From NCBI GenBank assembly GCA_023701005.1, contig JAMPXW010000003.1:9148-73147 (forward strand): 64,000 nucleotides of DNA. Reading direction: 5' to 3'. Below, piece by piece: positions 47,468 through 57,865 of the stretch. The notes below the pieces were generated by a model. The model ran no database searches. It worked only from the letters and a program-made list of their open reading frames with translations, and was not told where the DNA came from. How positions within the stretch are numbered: position 1 is the stretch's first letter; every line of letters starts with the position of its first letter. Origin of the DNA: Burkholderiales bacterium (GTDB taxonomy: Bacteria > Patescibacteriota > Minisyncoccia > Phycocordibacterales > UBA9973). A program made the position numbers and the translations under genes.

Positions 47468-48658
47468 TTAAACAATATATTTACTTAAAAATTCTTTTTT
47501 ATATTCAAAGAAATTATCGTCTAAAATAGACTGACGAATGTTATCTACAAGGTGAACTATAAAATATAAATTATGAATTGAAGCTAAGGTGCCTGCCAGC
47601 ATTTCTTTCCCATGAAAAAGATGTGCTATATATGCTTTTGTATAATTCTGACAAGAATAGCATCCACAATCTTTTTCTATTGGAGAATAATCATCTCTAA
47701 ATTTCTTATTTGTAATACTTATCTTGCCTCTATTAGTGTAAATCGTTCCATTTCTTCCAAGACGTGTAGGTAAAACACAATCAAAAAGATCTATTCCATT
47801 TTCTATTCCCATAAAAAGATCTTCTGGCTCCCCTATACCGAGTAAGTGACGGGGCTTTTCTTCTGGCAAAATTTCATTCACCCATTTTACAGCCGAAGAC
47901 ATATCTTCTTTGGCAAAAGATCCACCTATACCAAATCCATCAAAATCCATAGAAGAAATAACTTTAGCACTTTCTTGTCTTAATTTTTTCTCACGTCCCC
48001 CTTGTACTATTCCAAACAATGCCTGACCTCCTCCTAATTTTAAATGTTCAACTAGACTTCTTTCTGCCCAACGATGTGTACGTTCTAAAGCTTCTTCTTG
48101 ATACTTTATATCTTCCGTGGGACTCGTACATTCATCAAAAGCAAAAATAATATCCGCCCCTAAATTGTGTTGTATCTCTATCGATTTCTCAGGAGTAATA
48201 TAATGTATGCTTCCATCTAAATGTGATTTAAAAGAAACACCATCATTCCCTATCTTGGCCAATCTAGGAGCATCATTGTCATCAAAACGTTCTGGAATCA
48301 TTAAAGATGGATCTGTTATTTTTGTTATTTTAGAAATATCTTTTCCATAAGCAGCTCCTAAAGAAAAAACTTGAAAACCACCAGAGTCTGTCATGGTAGG
48401 ACCTTTCCAATTCATAAATTTACCAATACCTCCTGCATCGCGGACTATCTCATCTCCTGGCTGTAAAAATAAATGATAAGTATTGCCTAACACAACTTGC
48501 GTACCAGCATCTTTCACTTGTTCTGGATTTAATGATTTGACTGTAGCTTTCGTTCCGACAGCCACAAAAGAAGGAGTCTTTATTTCTCCATGAGGTGTTT
48601 TTAAAATCCCAGCACGTCCAAGACTATTCTTTAATTTTTTTTCAATTTTAAATTCCAT
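47468..48658 (-). CDS. tgt: tRNA-guanine transglycosylase
   Basis: TDSGGFQ, FDEC, GIVQGG, DLFDCV.PTR, CxCxxC Zn site. Confidence 0.95.
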   Translation of the reverse strand: MEFKIEKKLKNSLGRAGILKTPHGEIKTPSFVAVGTKATVKSLNPEQVKDAGTQVVLGNTYHLFLQPGDEIVRDAGGIGKFMNWKGPTMTDSGGFQVFSLGAAYGKDISKITKITDPSLMIPERFDDNDAPRLAKIGNDGVSFKSHLDGSIHYITPEKSIEIQHNLGADIIFAFDECTSPTEDIKYQEEALERTHRWAERSLVEHLKLGGGQALFGIVQGGREKKLRQESAKVISSMDFDGFGIGGSFAKEDMSSAVKWVNEILPEEKPRHLLGIGEPEDLFMGIENGIDLFDCVLPTRLGRNGTIYTNRGKISITNKKFRDDYSPIEKDCGCYSCQNYTKAYIAHLFHGKEMLAGTLASIHNLYFIVHLVDNIRQSILDDNFFEYKKEFLSKYIV

Positions 48659-48661
48659 TAT

Positions 48662-49483
48662 TTATTTTTCTACCTGCACAAATTTCAATTCAAAAATATT
48701 TATTGGACTTATGAGTAATGCTTTTTGAAAAGAATCTCTCGGATCAGAAATGATTGTCTCTACTGTGCCTATCACATGTGATGTTATCCCTGGCAAAACA
48801 ACCTCTGTCCCGTTTTGTAAAACAAAATCTCTAGGTAAAATCATTTCAAAATTTCCTCCACCTCTACCTACGACTTGCATAAAAGTATCTCCGCCTAGGC
48901 TCGTGCTAGTCGAGACTGGACTACCAGAAACAACAACTTCTGTCTTTTCTCCTGGGTTAGAGTATAAAACTACTTTTGAAGATCTAGGATACACCTCTTT
49001 TATATAACCAACAGGGGTATCACCTAATACTAAAACTTTTTGTCCTTCCACCACTCCATCTTTTGTTCCAATATCTATGATCAATGTATCATAAGGTGAT
49101 TGATTTGGCTTAGATAAAATACTACCTAAAATTAAATTTTTATTTTCTTGTTTACGATTAAGAATTTCTTTTATTTTTAAATTTTCGTCTGAAAGAGTAT
49201 CATAATTTGTCATTCTCGCATTATTCTCATCTAATTTTAATTTTAGACTTTCATTTTCTGCTACCAATGCTTTTTTAGATTTTAAATAAGGACCAAAATT
49301 AGAAATCTTCATACTAAAATTATTTCCTAAAGAAATAACTGGTCTAAAAATTATATTAGAAACATATGATAAACCATCAAAAACTCCATTTTTTAAAAAA
49401 ATTAGAATAAACAAAACTACAACAAAAATTGAATATTTTAACCATCTATTTCTTTTTATTTTTCTATCTAGGAGGTAATTCAT
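48662..49483 (-). CDS. mreC: rod shape-determining protein MreC
   Basis: TM, coiled coil, IID.G..DGV; follows mreB. Confidence 0.85.
   Translation of the reverse strand: MNYLLDRKIKRNRWLKYSIFVVVLFILIFLKNGVFDGLSYVSNIIFRPVISLGNNFSMKISNFGPYLKSKKALVAENESLKLKLDENNARMTNYDTLSDENLKIKEILNRKQENKNLILGSILSKPNQSPYDTLIIDIGTKDGVVEGQKVLVLGDTPVGYIKEVYPRSSKVVLYSNPGEKTEVVVSGSPVSTSTSLGGDTFMQVVGRGGGNFEMILPRDFVLQNGTEVVLPGITSHVIGTVETIISDPRDSFQKALLISPINIFELKFVQVEK
48887..48920 (-). repeat. intragenic palindromic element family A, copy 3 (peptide PVSTSTSLGGD in mreC)
   Basis: minus strand ccagtctcgactagcacgagcctaggcggagat aligns to cctgcctcgccgacgagtcaaggcggggat. Confidence 0.7.
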
Positions 49484-50531
49484 CTTGATTCCCTATTAAA
49501 ACTTCTTTGAAAGATTCAATATCATCTAAAACAACTCCAGTACCTCGAGCCACAGCAGAAAGAGGATCTTCTACTACATAGACAGGCATTTTCAAAACAG
49601 TTTGTAAAAGTTCTCCTAACCCTGGCAAAAGAGCTCCACCGCCAGACAATGTTATTCCTCTGTGCATTATGTCAGACAAAATCTCAGGAGGTGTCGTTTC
49701 CAAAACATCTTTTACGCCTTCTACTAGCTCTTTTACAGACTGAGCTAGGGCTTCACGAATATCAGAATCAGTGACGACAACTTCACGAGGAAGACCAGTC
49801 AACAGATCACGCCCACGAACTTCTGTCTCCATGTATTCTCCTGGCAAAACAGAACCTATGACCATCTTTACCATCTCAGCTGTAGTCTCTCCGATAAGAA
49901 TTTTGAATTCATCACGCATGTAAGTAATGATGTCATTGTTGAATCTATCTCCAGCAATTTTAAGATTTTTTGATTTTACAATTCCACCAAGAGAAATAAC
50001 TGCAATATCAGTCGTCCCTCCACCTATGTCTATAATCATAGAACCAACTGGATCTTTAATAGGAAGCCTCACACCTATGGCTGCAGCCATAGGCTCTTCT
50101 ATTAAAAATACTTCTCTAGCCCCAGCTGAACGTGCTGCATCATACACAGCCCTCGTCTCCACATTTGTGGTACCAGAAGGCACTCCGACGATCACACGAG
50201 GTCTGGTAAATTTCTTCGACATTTTATTTGCTTTATTTATAAGATAAGAAAGCATTTCTTCTGTCACTTCAAAATCTGAGACCACCCCATCTACAAGAGG
50301 ACGTACTGCTTTGATATGTCCCGGAGTTCTTCCAAGCATTTCCTTTGCTTTTTCACCAACTGCAAGAATTTGATTTGTCTTTATATTTACAGCGACGACT
50401 GATGGCTCATTTATTACTATTCCATGTCCTTTCAAATAAACTAAAGTATTAGAAGTACCTAAATCTATTCCAATATCATTGGAAACTAATTCATAAAATC
50501 TTTCAATCATTTTACTTGGAGTTCTAGGCAT
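49464..50531 (-). CDS. mreB: rod shape-determining protein MreB
   Basis: IDLGTSNT, EPSVVA, EEPMAAA, DIGGGTTD, SGGGALL. Confidence 0.96.
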   Translation of the reverse strand: MPRTPSKMIERFYELVSNDIGIDLGTSNTLVYLKGHGIVINEPSVVAVNIKTNQILAVGEKAKEMLGRTPGHIKAVRPLVDGVVSDFEVTEEMLSYLINKANKMSKKFTRPRVIVGVPSGTTNVETRAVYDAARSAGAREVFLIEEPMAAAIGVRLPIKDPVGSMIIDIGGGTTDIAVISLGGIVKSKNLKIAGDRFNNDIITYMRDEFKILIGETTAEMVKMVIGSVLPGEYMETEVRGRDLLTGLPREVVVTDSDIREALAQSVKELVEGVKDVLETTPPEILSDIMHRGITLSGGGALLPGLGELLQTVLKMPVYVVEDPLSAVARGTGVVLDDIESFKEVLIGNQDELPPR

Positions 50532-51783
50532 TTGATTTTAATAAAATTAATAATTCATCCAAAGAAATAACTTTACCTTTCTCTTCATTTCTCTTTTTTA
50601 TTTCAATCCCATTTTCTTTCATACTTCTAGAAGAAACTACAGCTCTGTAAGGCATACCTAAAAGATCAGCATCTGCAAATTTTTCACCAGGAGAAACTCC
50701 AATTCTATCATCAAAAATAACTTCTATTTTATTTTTCAATAAAGATTCATAAACTTTTTCTGCTTCATTCTTCACATTTTCATCATCTCCTAGTAAAAGC
50801 AAATGAACTTTATAAGGAGCTATAGATTCTGGCCAAATTATACCTTTGTCGTCTGCCAGAGCTTCCACAACTGTTCCCATCAACCTACCAAGCCCAATAC
50901 CATAACTACCCATTATTACTAGCCTATCTTCCCCATTTTCATTTTTGTATTTCAAGTCAAAAGGTTCAGAAAATTTAGTACCTAATGAAAAAATATTACC
51001 AACTTCAACTGCTTTTTGTTCAACCAAATTTTCTCTTTTTAAATTTAATGATTCTAATACTTCATCGTTCAAAACTTCCTTATTTACAGCAATTCCAGAA
51101 TTCTCATCTAAATAAATAGTATCTTCCCCAACAGAACTCACTGTCTGAAATTCATGAGAGAATTTTGAAAAACTTCCTCCTGTCGCAAAAGTAAGATAAG
51201 TCAAATGTCCAATGCCAGCTCTTTTAAAAATATTCTGATAAGCCATTTTAGCTTTTTCATAAAATTCGTTATGTTCCTTTTCGTCTTTAGAAAAAGAATA
51301 AAGAGCTTTCCAATAAAATTCTCTGCCACGCATAATTCCAGACTTACTTCTAACCTCGTTTCTAAAAATTTCTTTAAAATCATAAGGATAAACTGGTAAG
51401 TCTTTATAAGAACTTATGTATTGTTTTAAAATATTTGAATAAGCTTCTTCGTTAGTAAACGACAAGCCTATCTCTCCTCCACTTTTTAATTTTGTTTTAA
51501 ACCAAACATCAACTACTTCATCATCCCAGCGATTTGATTTTTCCCATATTTCCTTATTCTGAAAAACTGTAGTCTTCATTTCTTGACCACCAATAGCATC
51601 CATCTCTTCGCGAATTATATTTTCTATCTTTTCTATAACACGCAAACCAAGAGGCAGAAAGCTATATACCCCTGCCATCTCTTTATAAATAAATCCTCCA
51701 CGAATAAGAAGCTCAGCATTTTTTGATACTTCGTCTGAAGGAGCTTCCTTTTTTGTTCTAGTGAAAAGTTTAGATTGTCTCAT
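50524..51783 (-). CDS. proS: proline--tRNA ligase (short form, no INS editing domain)
   Basis: MRQSKLF, FRNE.R...G.MRGREF, EVGNIF.LGT, MGSYGIG. Confidence 0.93.
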   Translation of the reverse strand: MRQSKLFTRTKKEAPSDEVSKNAELLIRGGFIYKEMAGVYSFLPLGLRVIEKIENIIREEMDAIGGQEMKTTVFQNKEIWEKSNRWDDEVVDVWFKTKLKSGGEIGLSFTNEEAYSNILKQYISSYKDLPVYPYDFKEIFRNEVRSKSGIMRGREFYWKALYSFSKDEKEHNEFYEKAKMAYQNIFKRAGIGHLTYLTFATGGSFSKFSHEFQTVSSVGEDTIYLDENSGIAVNKEVLNDEVLESLNLKRENLVEQKAVEVGNIFSLGTKFSEPFDLKYKNENGEDRLVIMGSYGIGLGRLMGTVVEALADDKGIIWPESIAPYKVHLLLLGDDENVKNEAEKVYESLLKNKIEVIFDDRIGVSPGEKFADADLLGMPYRAVVSSRSMKENGIEIKKRNEEKGKVISLDELLILLKSNA

Positions 51784-51866
51784 CCCCCCATATTACCCGA
51801 AAAAACTCTTTTTTGCAAAATTTTATAGCATTTGCAAAAGTGTCCATATTCTGCTAGAATAATCTC

Positions 51867-52592
51867 ATGCAAAAAGTAAAAAATGATAATATAAATAGTA
51901 ATATAAGCGTAGAAAAGATGTTCGAAGCAGGAGCACACTACGGCTATGGCAAACAAAGAAGACACCCTTCTGTTTCTTCTTATATATACGCCACAAAAAA
52001 CAATAGTGATATTATAGACCTAGAAAAATCAAGTGTTATGTTAGAAGAAGCAATGGAGTTTGCAAAAGACCTAGGATCTAGAAACAAGACCATTTTATTC
52101 GTTGGAACAAAACCAGAAGCGAGAGAAGTCATGAAAAATGCTGCGTTGAGTTTAAATATGCCATACGTAGATACTCGTTGGATAGGTGGAACTTTAAGTA
52201 ATTTCATAGAAATAAAGAAAAGAATAGCTGAATTAGAAAAATACAACAAAGAAAGCGTAGATGGAGGTTTAGATAAATATACAAAGAAAGAAAGAGTCGT
52301 TATGGCAAAGAAAATGGAAAAACTTTCAAAATATTACACTGGTTTAATAGGTTTGAAGAAAACTCCAGATGCTTTGTTTATAATCGATTCCAAGGGTGAA
52401 CACATCGCAGCCACAGAAGCTAAAAAGTCTGACGTTCCTGTAATAGCATTAGCAAATTCTGATTCAAACATAAAAAGCATCGACTACCCTATCGTCGGCA
52501 ATGATTCTGGTATCCCATCTATTAAATTTTTCACTAATGCTATAGTTAGTGCTTATAAAGGAGGCCAAATGTCTCTACCTAATAATAAATAA
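51867..52592 (+). CDS. rpsB: 30S ribosomal protein S2
   Basis: AGAHYG, FVGTK, RWIGGTLSNF, GND. Confidence 0.95.
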   Translation: MQKVKNDNINSNISVEKMFEAGAHYGYGKQRRHPSVSSYIYATKNNSDIIDLEKSSVMLEEAMEFAKDLGSRNKTILFVGTKPEAREVMKNAALSLNMPYVDTRWIGGTLSNFIEIKKRIAELEKYNKESVDGGLDKYTKKERVVMAKKMEKLSKYYTGLIGLKKTPDALFIIDSKGEHIAATEAKKSDVPVIALANSDSNIKSIDYPIVGNDSGIPSIKFFTNAIVSAYKGGQMSLPNNK

Positions 52593-52596
52593 AAAT

Positions 52597-53376
52597 ATGT
52601 CTCAAGAAATAACTACTAAGTTGATAAAGGAACTTAGAGATGCTACCGGCATCTCTGTTATGCAATGTAAAAATGCTCTAGAAGAAGCACAAGGAGATAC
52701 AGAAAAAGCTTTAGCTATATTAAAAAAGATTAGTTCTGACATAGCATTAAAGAAATCCAGCAGAGAGGTAAAAGATGGAAGAGTCTGTGTAAAATCAGGA
52801 AATAATAAAAGTGTTCTAGTAGCTTTACATTGCGAAACTGATTTCGTCTCCAAAAACGAAGATTTCGTAAATTTACTCACAAATCTAACCGAAAAAGCTT
52901 TTGCTAACGGTATAGATAAAATGAAAGAAGAAGCAAAAGAATTAATTGACCTTATAATCCAAAAAACTGGTGAAAACATAGAACTTGGAGAAGCATACGA
53001 AGTAAATGGATCTGTATTAGGAAACTATATACATAACAACAAATCTGCTGTCATCGTGTCTCTAGAGGGCGGAAATGAAGAATTAGCACGTGATATAGCA
53101 ATGCATATAACAGCAATGAAACCAGAATATATCTTTAAAGAAGATATTACTGAAGAAACTAAAAAGATAATGACAGAAATATTCGAAAAGGAAGTTGCAA
53201 ATATAGACAAACCAGAAGACATAAAGAAAAAAATGCTAGAAGGCAAAATAAATACTTATTTTAAAGAAAAAACACTACTTGACCAAGTATTTATAAAAGA
53301 CGGCAACGAAACAATAAATAGTTTGTTAAATAAAAACAAAGCACAAATAAAAGAAGTAAAACGTTATTCAATATAA
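52597..53376 (+). CDS. tsf: elongation factor Ts
   Basis: IKELRDATG..MQCK.AL, ETDFV, MHI.A. Confidence 0.95.
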   Translation: MSQEITTKLIKELRDATGISVMQCKNALEEAQGDTEKALAILKKISSDIALKKSSREVKDGRVCVKSGNNKSVLVALHCETDFVSKNEDFVNLLTNLTEKAFANGIDKMKEEAKELIDLIIQKTGENIELGEAYEVNGSVLGNYIHNNKSAVIVSLEGGNEELARDIAMHITAMKPEYIFKEDITEETKKIMTEIFEKEVANIDKPEDIKKKMLEGKINTYFKEKTLLDQVFIKDGNETINSLLNKNKAQIKEVKRYSI

Positions 53377-53382
53377 TAATAT

Positions 53383-53802
53383 ATGTATACGCCTTTAATT
53401 TTTTTCTTTATATCTCTAGCGGGTATCGTCATAATGATATGGCGAGAGCTAGTACTTGTCAGAAACGGTACAATAATTAAAGCACAACACTATTCTCATC
53501 CTTTTGTTTTAGATTTAGAAAAAATAAAATACCTAACATATAAAAATTTAAAGAGATTTAGTTATATAGCACTCTTTGTAACACTCAGATTCTTTATCAA
53601 ATCTTCTAATTTCTTAAAAACAAAAGGAAAGATAACGTTGGAAAAGTTAGCAACAAAAATAAGAAAAAGTAAATTAGGAAGAAAAAGTGAAGCATTAGAA
53701 AAGAAAGAAGTTTCTAAATATCTGAGAGTCATATCAGAATATAGACAAAAGATAAGACAAATGAAACACAGAATAAAAGAAGAAGAAGGAATAGAAGAAT
53801 AG
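53383..53802 (+). CDS. hypothetical membrane protein
   Basis: N-terminal TM, basic C-terminus. Confidence 0.6.
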   Translation: MYTPLIFFFISLAGIVIMIWRELVLVRNGTIIKAQHYSHPFVLDLEKIKYLTYKNLKRFSYIALFVTLRFFIKSSNFLKTKGKITLEKLATKIRKSKLGRKSEALEKKEVSKYLRVISEYRQKIRQMKHRIKEEEGIEE

Positions 53803-53842
53803 TTGAAAAAATAAAATAAAATTGGTAGTATGTGATGAGTAA

Positions 53843-53915
53843 GCCGCCTTAGCTCAGTTGGTAGAGCAACGCTTTTGTAAAGCGAAGGTCCTCAGTTCAA
53901 ATCTGAGAGGCGGCT
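53843..53915 (+). tRNA. tRNA-Thr(TGT)
   Basis: GCCGCCT acceptor, CGCT-TTTGTAA-AGCG anticodon arm, GTTCAAATC. Confidence 0.93.
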
Positions 53916-53925
53916 CAAAAACAAT

Positions 53926-53953
53926 AAAAGCCTACGTAAAACGTAGGCTTTTA
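53926..53953. terminator. bidirectional terminator
   Basis: aaaagcctacgt-aaa-acgtaggctttt. Confidence 0.8.
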
Positions 53954-53968
53954 TTATAAATACTCTAT

Positions 53969-54667
53969 TTATTTCTTTATAGTGGTTGTTTCTTTTTCAG
54001 GTTTTACTTCTTGTAATTTAAAAGATTCTTTCACCTTAGATTCAAGCTCTTCTACTCCATGGAACCCTGTCATCACTTCTTCGTCGATTACCAAAGCAGG
54101 AAGCTTCGTATCTTCTATTTTATATATTTTGAGCATTGATTTAACAGCAGACAAATCAATACTATAATCAAAAGAATATACCCTAAGTTCTGGATATTTG
54201 TCTCTTAGAGAAGAAAGAGCAAGTCCTTCCCTTTCACATTCACTACAATTCTCTGCTGTGGTATAAAAATACAAAATAAATGCTGCTTTTTTACCACAAC
54301 GAGCTGATATCTTTTTAGATAACAAATAATCTTTTATTTGCAAAAGAGAATAATATTTTTTCAAATACAAAACTGTATCTGTCATTCCTAGATTTTCTTG
54401 TCCCCATTCCAATTTCTTTGCAAGTTCTCCAAGCTCTCCAGAAAGAACGGAATCAGAAATATTCTTACAAGAAAGTTCTGAAAGTAAAGAAAATTGTGTC
54501 TCTGAAGATAAAATATCTATAGATATTTTATCTTGAATTAATTTTAATTGATCTACTTTTTTATTACTAAAATAATTACTAATATAAGAAGCACTTAAAA
54601 ATATACCTGCTGTAAACAAAAAAACTATTAAATACTTTTTCCAATCTATGTGATGATTTTGTTCCAT
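53969..54667 (-). CDS. membrane-anchored protein with thioredoxin-like C-terminus
   Basis: TM, LYFY..CSEC, P.LVI. Confidence 0.6.
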   Translation of the reverse strand: MEQNHHIDWKKYLIVFLFTAGIFLSASYISNYFSNKKVDQLKLIQDKISIDILSSETQFSLLSELSCKNISDSVLSGELGELAKKLEWGQENLGMTDTVLYLKKYYSLLQIKDYLLSKKISARCGKKAAFILYFYTTAENCSECEREGLALSSLRDKYPELRVYSFDYSIDLSAVKSMLKIYKIEDTKLPALVIDEEVMTGFHGVEELESKVKESFKLQEVKPEKETTTIKK

Positions 54668-54717
54668 TTTTTTAATCTAATTTTAACTTTATAAGCTTTA
54701 TAACTTTCTACTATTAA

Positions 54718-55962
54718 TTATCTCCAAGCTGGTTTCCTCGACAAAAGAGTGTTGTACACTGCTTTCAAAAGCCAAAAAGGTCCTATAACACTAAAAATAA
54801 CAAGGAAATATATTATATTAAAAGAAAATTTCCATTTTCCATCTATCATTTTCTTTCCTAAGATTATAGAAAATATAATCATGACAAACAACAACATTGA
54901 TATAAAAGACAGTGACTGAGTATTTATAAAAAAGGGATCTAGAAAGTCAGAGTTAAAATTAAAATTAAAACCTATGGTCTTGTATTCTATAAACTTAGAT
55001 AATAAGAAATTACCAAGATTATATATCATCTTTCCAAAAAGATAACTAGCAGCAAAAACAGAAAGCACGCCAGACGGAACTGTAAAAACAGAAAAATTAC
55101 CATACTTTTTTCTAAAAAGAATATTTCTGTAGTCAATAGTATTATTTATAAAACCATAAATCCAGCGAAGCCTTTGTTTATAAAGTTTTATTACTGTAGG
55201 TGGTGTACCAGTATAAACATAAGCATCATTACATTGTTCTATTTTGTAATGATTCTTCTGCATTCTGTAAGCTATCTCCATATCTTCTGTATTGTGAGCA
55301 TGACGATATGGCCCCAAGTCATCAAATACTTTCTTTCTAAATATGGTCAAAGGCCCAGGGGTCACATGTATTCCACCCACCAATCCAAGCATTTTCTTAA
55401 TATAAACAGACATCTCATATTCTATTTCTTGAGCATGTTGAATCATATTTTTTGAATTTACTGCAACAATAGAAGGAGCTACAGCCATAATGCTCGAATC
55501 TTTTTCAAAATAACTCATTATTCTTATTAATGACTCTTTGTCTGCCACCGAATCAGCATCAAGGCAACCGACAAAATCTGTCTCTATGTGTTCAAGCCCT
55601 AAATTTAAAGCAGTGTGTTTACCTCCATTTTCTTTATGAAAAATCTTTACATTAGAAAATTCAGAAAATTTTTGAATAGCCTCCCATGTCTTATCAGTCG
55701 AACCATCATCAATCAAAAATATTTTTAATTTATCTTTCGGATAATTTAAACTAAGAAGTGATTGCACTGTCTTGTCGATAGTCTTTTCTTCATTCCAAGA
55801 AGGTACTATCACTGTGACTTTTGGATAGTCTTTTAATTCGATAGGACCATTCCTAACAACTATTTTCTTTCTATTTTCAAAGAAAGTAATCAAAAAAAAT
55901 ACCTGCACGTATACAGACAAAAACGTCAAACTATAGAAGACTATTTCAGAAAATGAAGTCAT
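54718..55962 (-). CDS. GT2 family processive glycosyltransferase
   Basis: P.WNEE, DDGSTD, GK..ALN, DADS, TED, QRLRW, C-terminal TMs. Confidence 0.9.
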   Translation of the reverse strand: MTSFSEIVFYSLTFLSVYVQVFFLITFFENRKKIVVRNGPIELKDYPKVTVIVPSWNEEKTIDKTVQSLLSLNYPKDKLKIFLIDDGSTDKTWEAIQKFSEFSNVKIFHKENGGKHTALNLGLEHIETDFVGCLDADSVADKESLIRIMSYFEKDSSIMAVAPSIVAVNSKNMIQHAQEIEYEMSVYIKKMLGLVGGIHVTPGPLTIFRKKVFDDLGPYRHAHNTEDMEIAYRMQKNHYKIEQCNDAYVYTGTPPTVIKLYKQRLRWIYGFINNTIDYRNILFRKKYGNFSVFTVPSGVLSVFAASYLFGKMIYNLGNFLLSKFIEYKTIGFNFNFNSDFLDPFFINTQSLSFISMLLFVMIIFSIILGKKMIDGKWKFSFNIIYFLVIFSVIGPFWLLKAVYNTLLSRKPAWR

Positions 55963-56033
55963 ATTTATCTATATAATATAACATTTTTTAAGAAAAAAGC
56001 AACAAAAAAATACAAATTAGTGCTTTCTAATAA

Positions 56034-56147
56034 AAAAACCTAAAAAGAAAGTTTTTAAGGGGTTTCGAGGCTGACGAGCCGAGAATTTCAGGATTTTTTA
56101 AGCTTCAAAAAATCCGTACCGACAAAAACTTTGCTTTTTAGGTTTTT
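56034..56147. repeat. MITE-like fold-back element (family C, intergenic copy)
   Basis: 23/24-nt inverted arms; core aggctgacgagccgaga identical to the fmt copy; second hairpin ggatttttt/aaaaaatcc. Confidence 0.8.
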
Positions 56148-56165
56148 AAATTATTATATTTAAAA

Positions 56166-56468
56166 CTACATAGTCCCCTCTGTCTTTGGAGCTTCTGTTG
56201 CTCCACATGGAGTACATACTCCGTCGGCAGAACATTTTTGACACTTACAATCAAAGATAGCCATAACAGCAGCTACGCCTACCAATAGATAGACAACAGC
56301 CTCAAGCACTGGGATAGAACTTAATAACATATTAACAATATTGTATCCACCTTCTACTCCCAAAAGCATACCTAAGCCGACTAAACCCCAATTTACACCA
56401 CCAATGATCACTAATACTTTTACGATCATAGCTAGCGTGCAAACACCCTTTTTACAACAATTAATCAT
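56166..56468 (-). CDS. DUF378 family membrane protein
   Basis: LVIIGGVNWGLVG, VYLLVG.AA. Confidence 0.85.
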   Translation of the reverse strand: MINCCKKGVCTLAMIVKVLVIIGGVNWGLVGLGMLLGVEGGYNIVNMLLSSIPVLEAVVYLLVGVAAVMAIFDCKCQKCSADGVCTPCGATEAPKTEGTM

Positions 56469-56555
56469 AATACTAAATAATTATTTTATAATATTTCCAC
56501 CAAAACGACGATCTAAGTGGACTTAAATAATACAATATAATTATAGCATATTTAT

Positions 56556-57818
56556 TTAATCAAAATAGTTTTTTAATCTTGCTATCTTTTCGTGCTGACG
56601 AAGCTTTTCATGCACTTTCGCTTCGATCTGACGAATACGCTCACGAGTGACACCAAACTTTTCTCCAACATTTTCTAATGTATGCTGAATACCATCAACC
56701 AAACCGTATCTCATCTCTAATATTTGCCTTTCTTTATCACTAAGCTCATTTAAAACTTCACGAATCTGGTCAGACAATATTCTCCTTGAGGATTCTTGAT
56801 CAGGTCGTAATATCTTATCATCTGGAATAAAGTTTTCTAATGTTGATTTATCATCATCGTCCCCTACTGGTTGTTCCAAAGAAATAGTTTCCTGGCTTAT
56901 ATTCTCAATAACATGAATCTTCTCTACAGGGATACCCATTTCTGTAGCTATCTCTTCTGCTAGTGGCTCTCTACCTAAATCTTGAGATAACCTTCTGTAA
57001 GTTTGTTTGTATTTAGAAATAGTTTCAACCATGTGTACTGGAATACGAATAGTCCTACTCTGATCTGCCAAAGCTCTGGTGATAGACTGACGAATCCACC
57101 AAGTCGCATAAGTAGAAAATTTATAACCTTTAGTCCAATCAAATTTTTCTACGGCTTTAAATAAACCCAAGTTACCTTCTTGTATCAAATCAAGCAAGCT
57201 TAAGTTTGCACTTCTTCCTACATACTTTTTGGCGATAGACACAACCAAACGTAAGTTTGCACGAGCTAATAAATTTTTTGCTTCCGGATCTCCTAACTCT
57301 ATTCTTTTTGCCAAATCCTTTTCATCGCCGGCATGGATAAGAGAGTATTGTCCTATTTCTTTCAAATACATTTGGATAGAATCATGAATTGTCCCTTTGT
57401 TTAAGTCCTTATCATTCAAATCGTTATCCAAATTGAGAAGATTCCCCCCTTCCAAGACATCTATACCTGCAACTGCAAATTTCTCGTAAAGTTCATCTAA
57501 AAAGAAAATATTATTTTCAATATCTGGAAAAGTTTTCAATATCTCATCATAAGTTATAAATCCTCTTTTTTTACCTTTTTCTATTAATTCATTTGAAAGT
57601 TTTGCAAAACCTTCTGCCTTTTTTTCAGAAGCTGTCATTTTCTTTACAGTCTTTTCTTTTACTATTTTCTTTACAACTTTCTTTGTTACTTTAGCTTTTT
57701 TTACTACCTTTTTTGCTTTCTTTATAATCTTTTTAACAACTTTCGCTTTCTTTACTGTTTTTTTTACTTTAGATTTTAAAACTTTTTTAACCACTTTTTT
57801 ATTTTTTATTTTTTTCAT
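56556..57818 (-). CDS. rpoD: primary sigma factor RpoD with Lys-rich N-terminus
   Basis: [49 protein letters not shown]. Confidence 0.95.
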   Translation of the reverse strand: MKKIKNKKVVKKVLKSKVKKTVKKAKVVKKIIKKAKKVVKKAKVTKKVVKKIVKEKTVKKMTASEKKAEGFAKLSNELIEKGKKRGFITYDEILKTFPDIENNIFFLDELYEKFAVAGIDVLEGGNLLNLDNDLNDKDLNKGTIHDSIQMYLKEIGQYSLIHAGDEKDLAKRIELGDPEAKNLLARANLRLVVSIAKKYVGRSANLSLLDLIQEGNLGLFKAVEKFDWTKGYKFSTYATWWIRQSITRALADQSRTIRIPVHMVETISKYKQTYRRLSQDLGREPLAEEIATEMGIPVEKIHVIENISQETISLEQPVGDDDDKSTLENFIPDDKILRPDQESSRRILSDQIREVLNELSDKERQILEMRYGLVDGIQHTLENVGEKFGVTRERIRQIEAKVHEKLRQHEKIARLKNYFD

Positions 57819-57865
57819 ATATAAAATATCTAACTTTATAAACTTAATCACTTTATAACTTTTCA

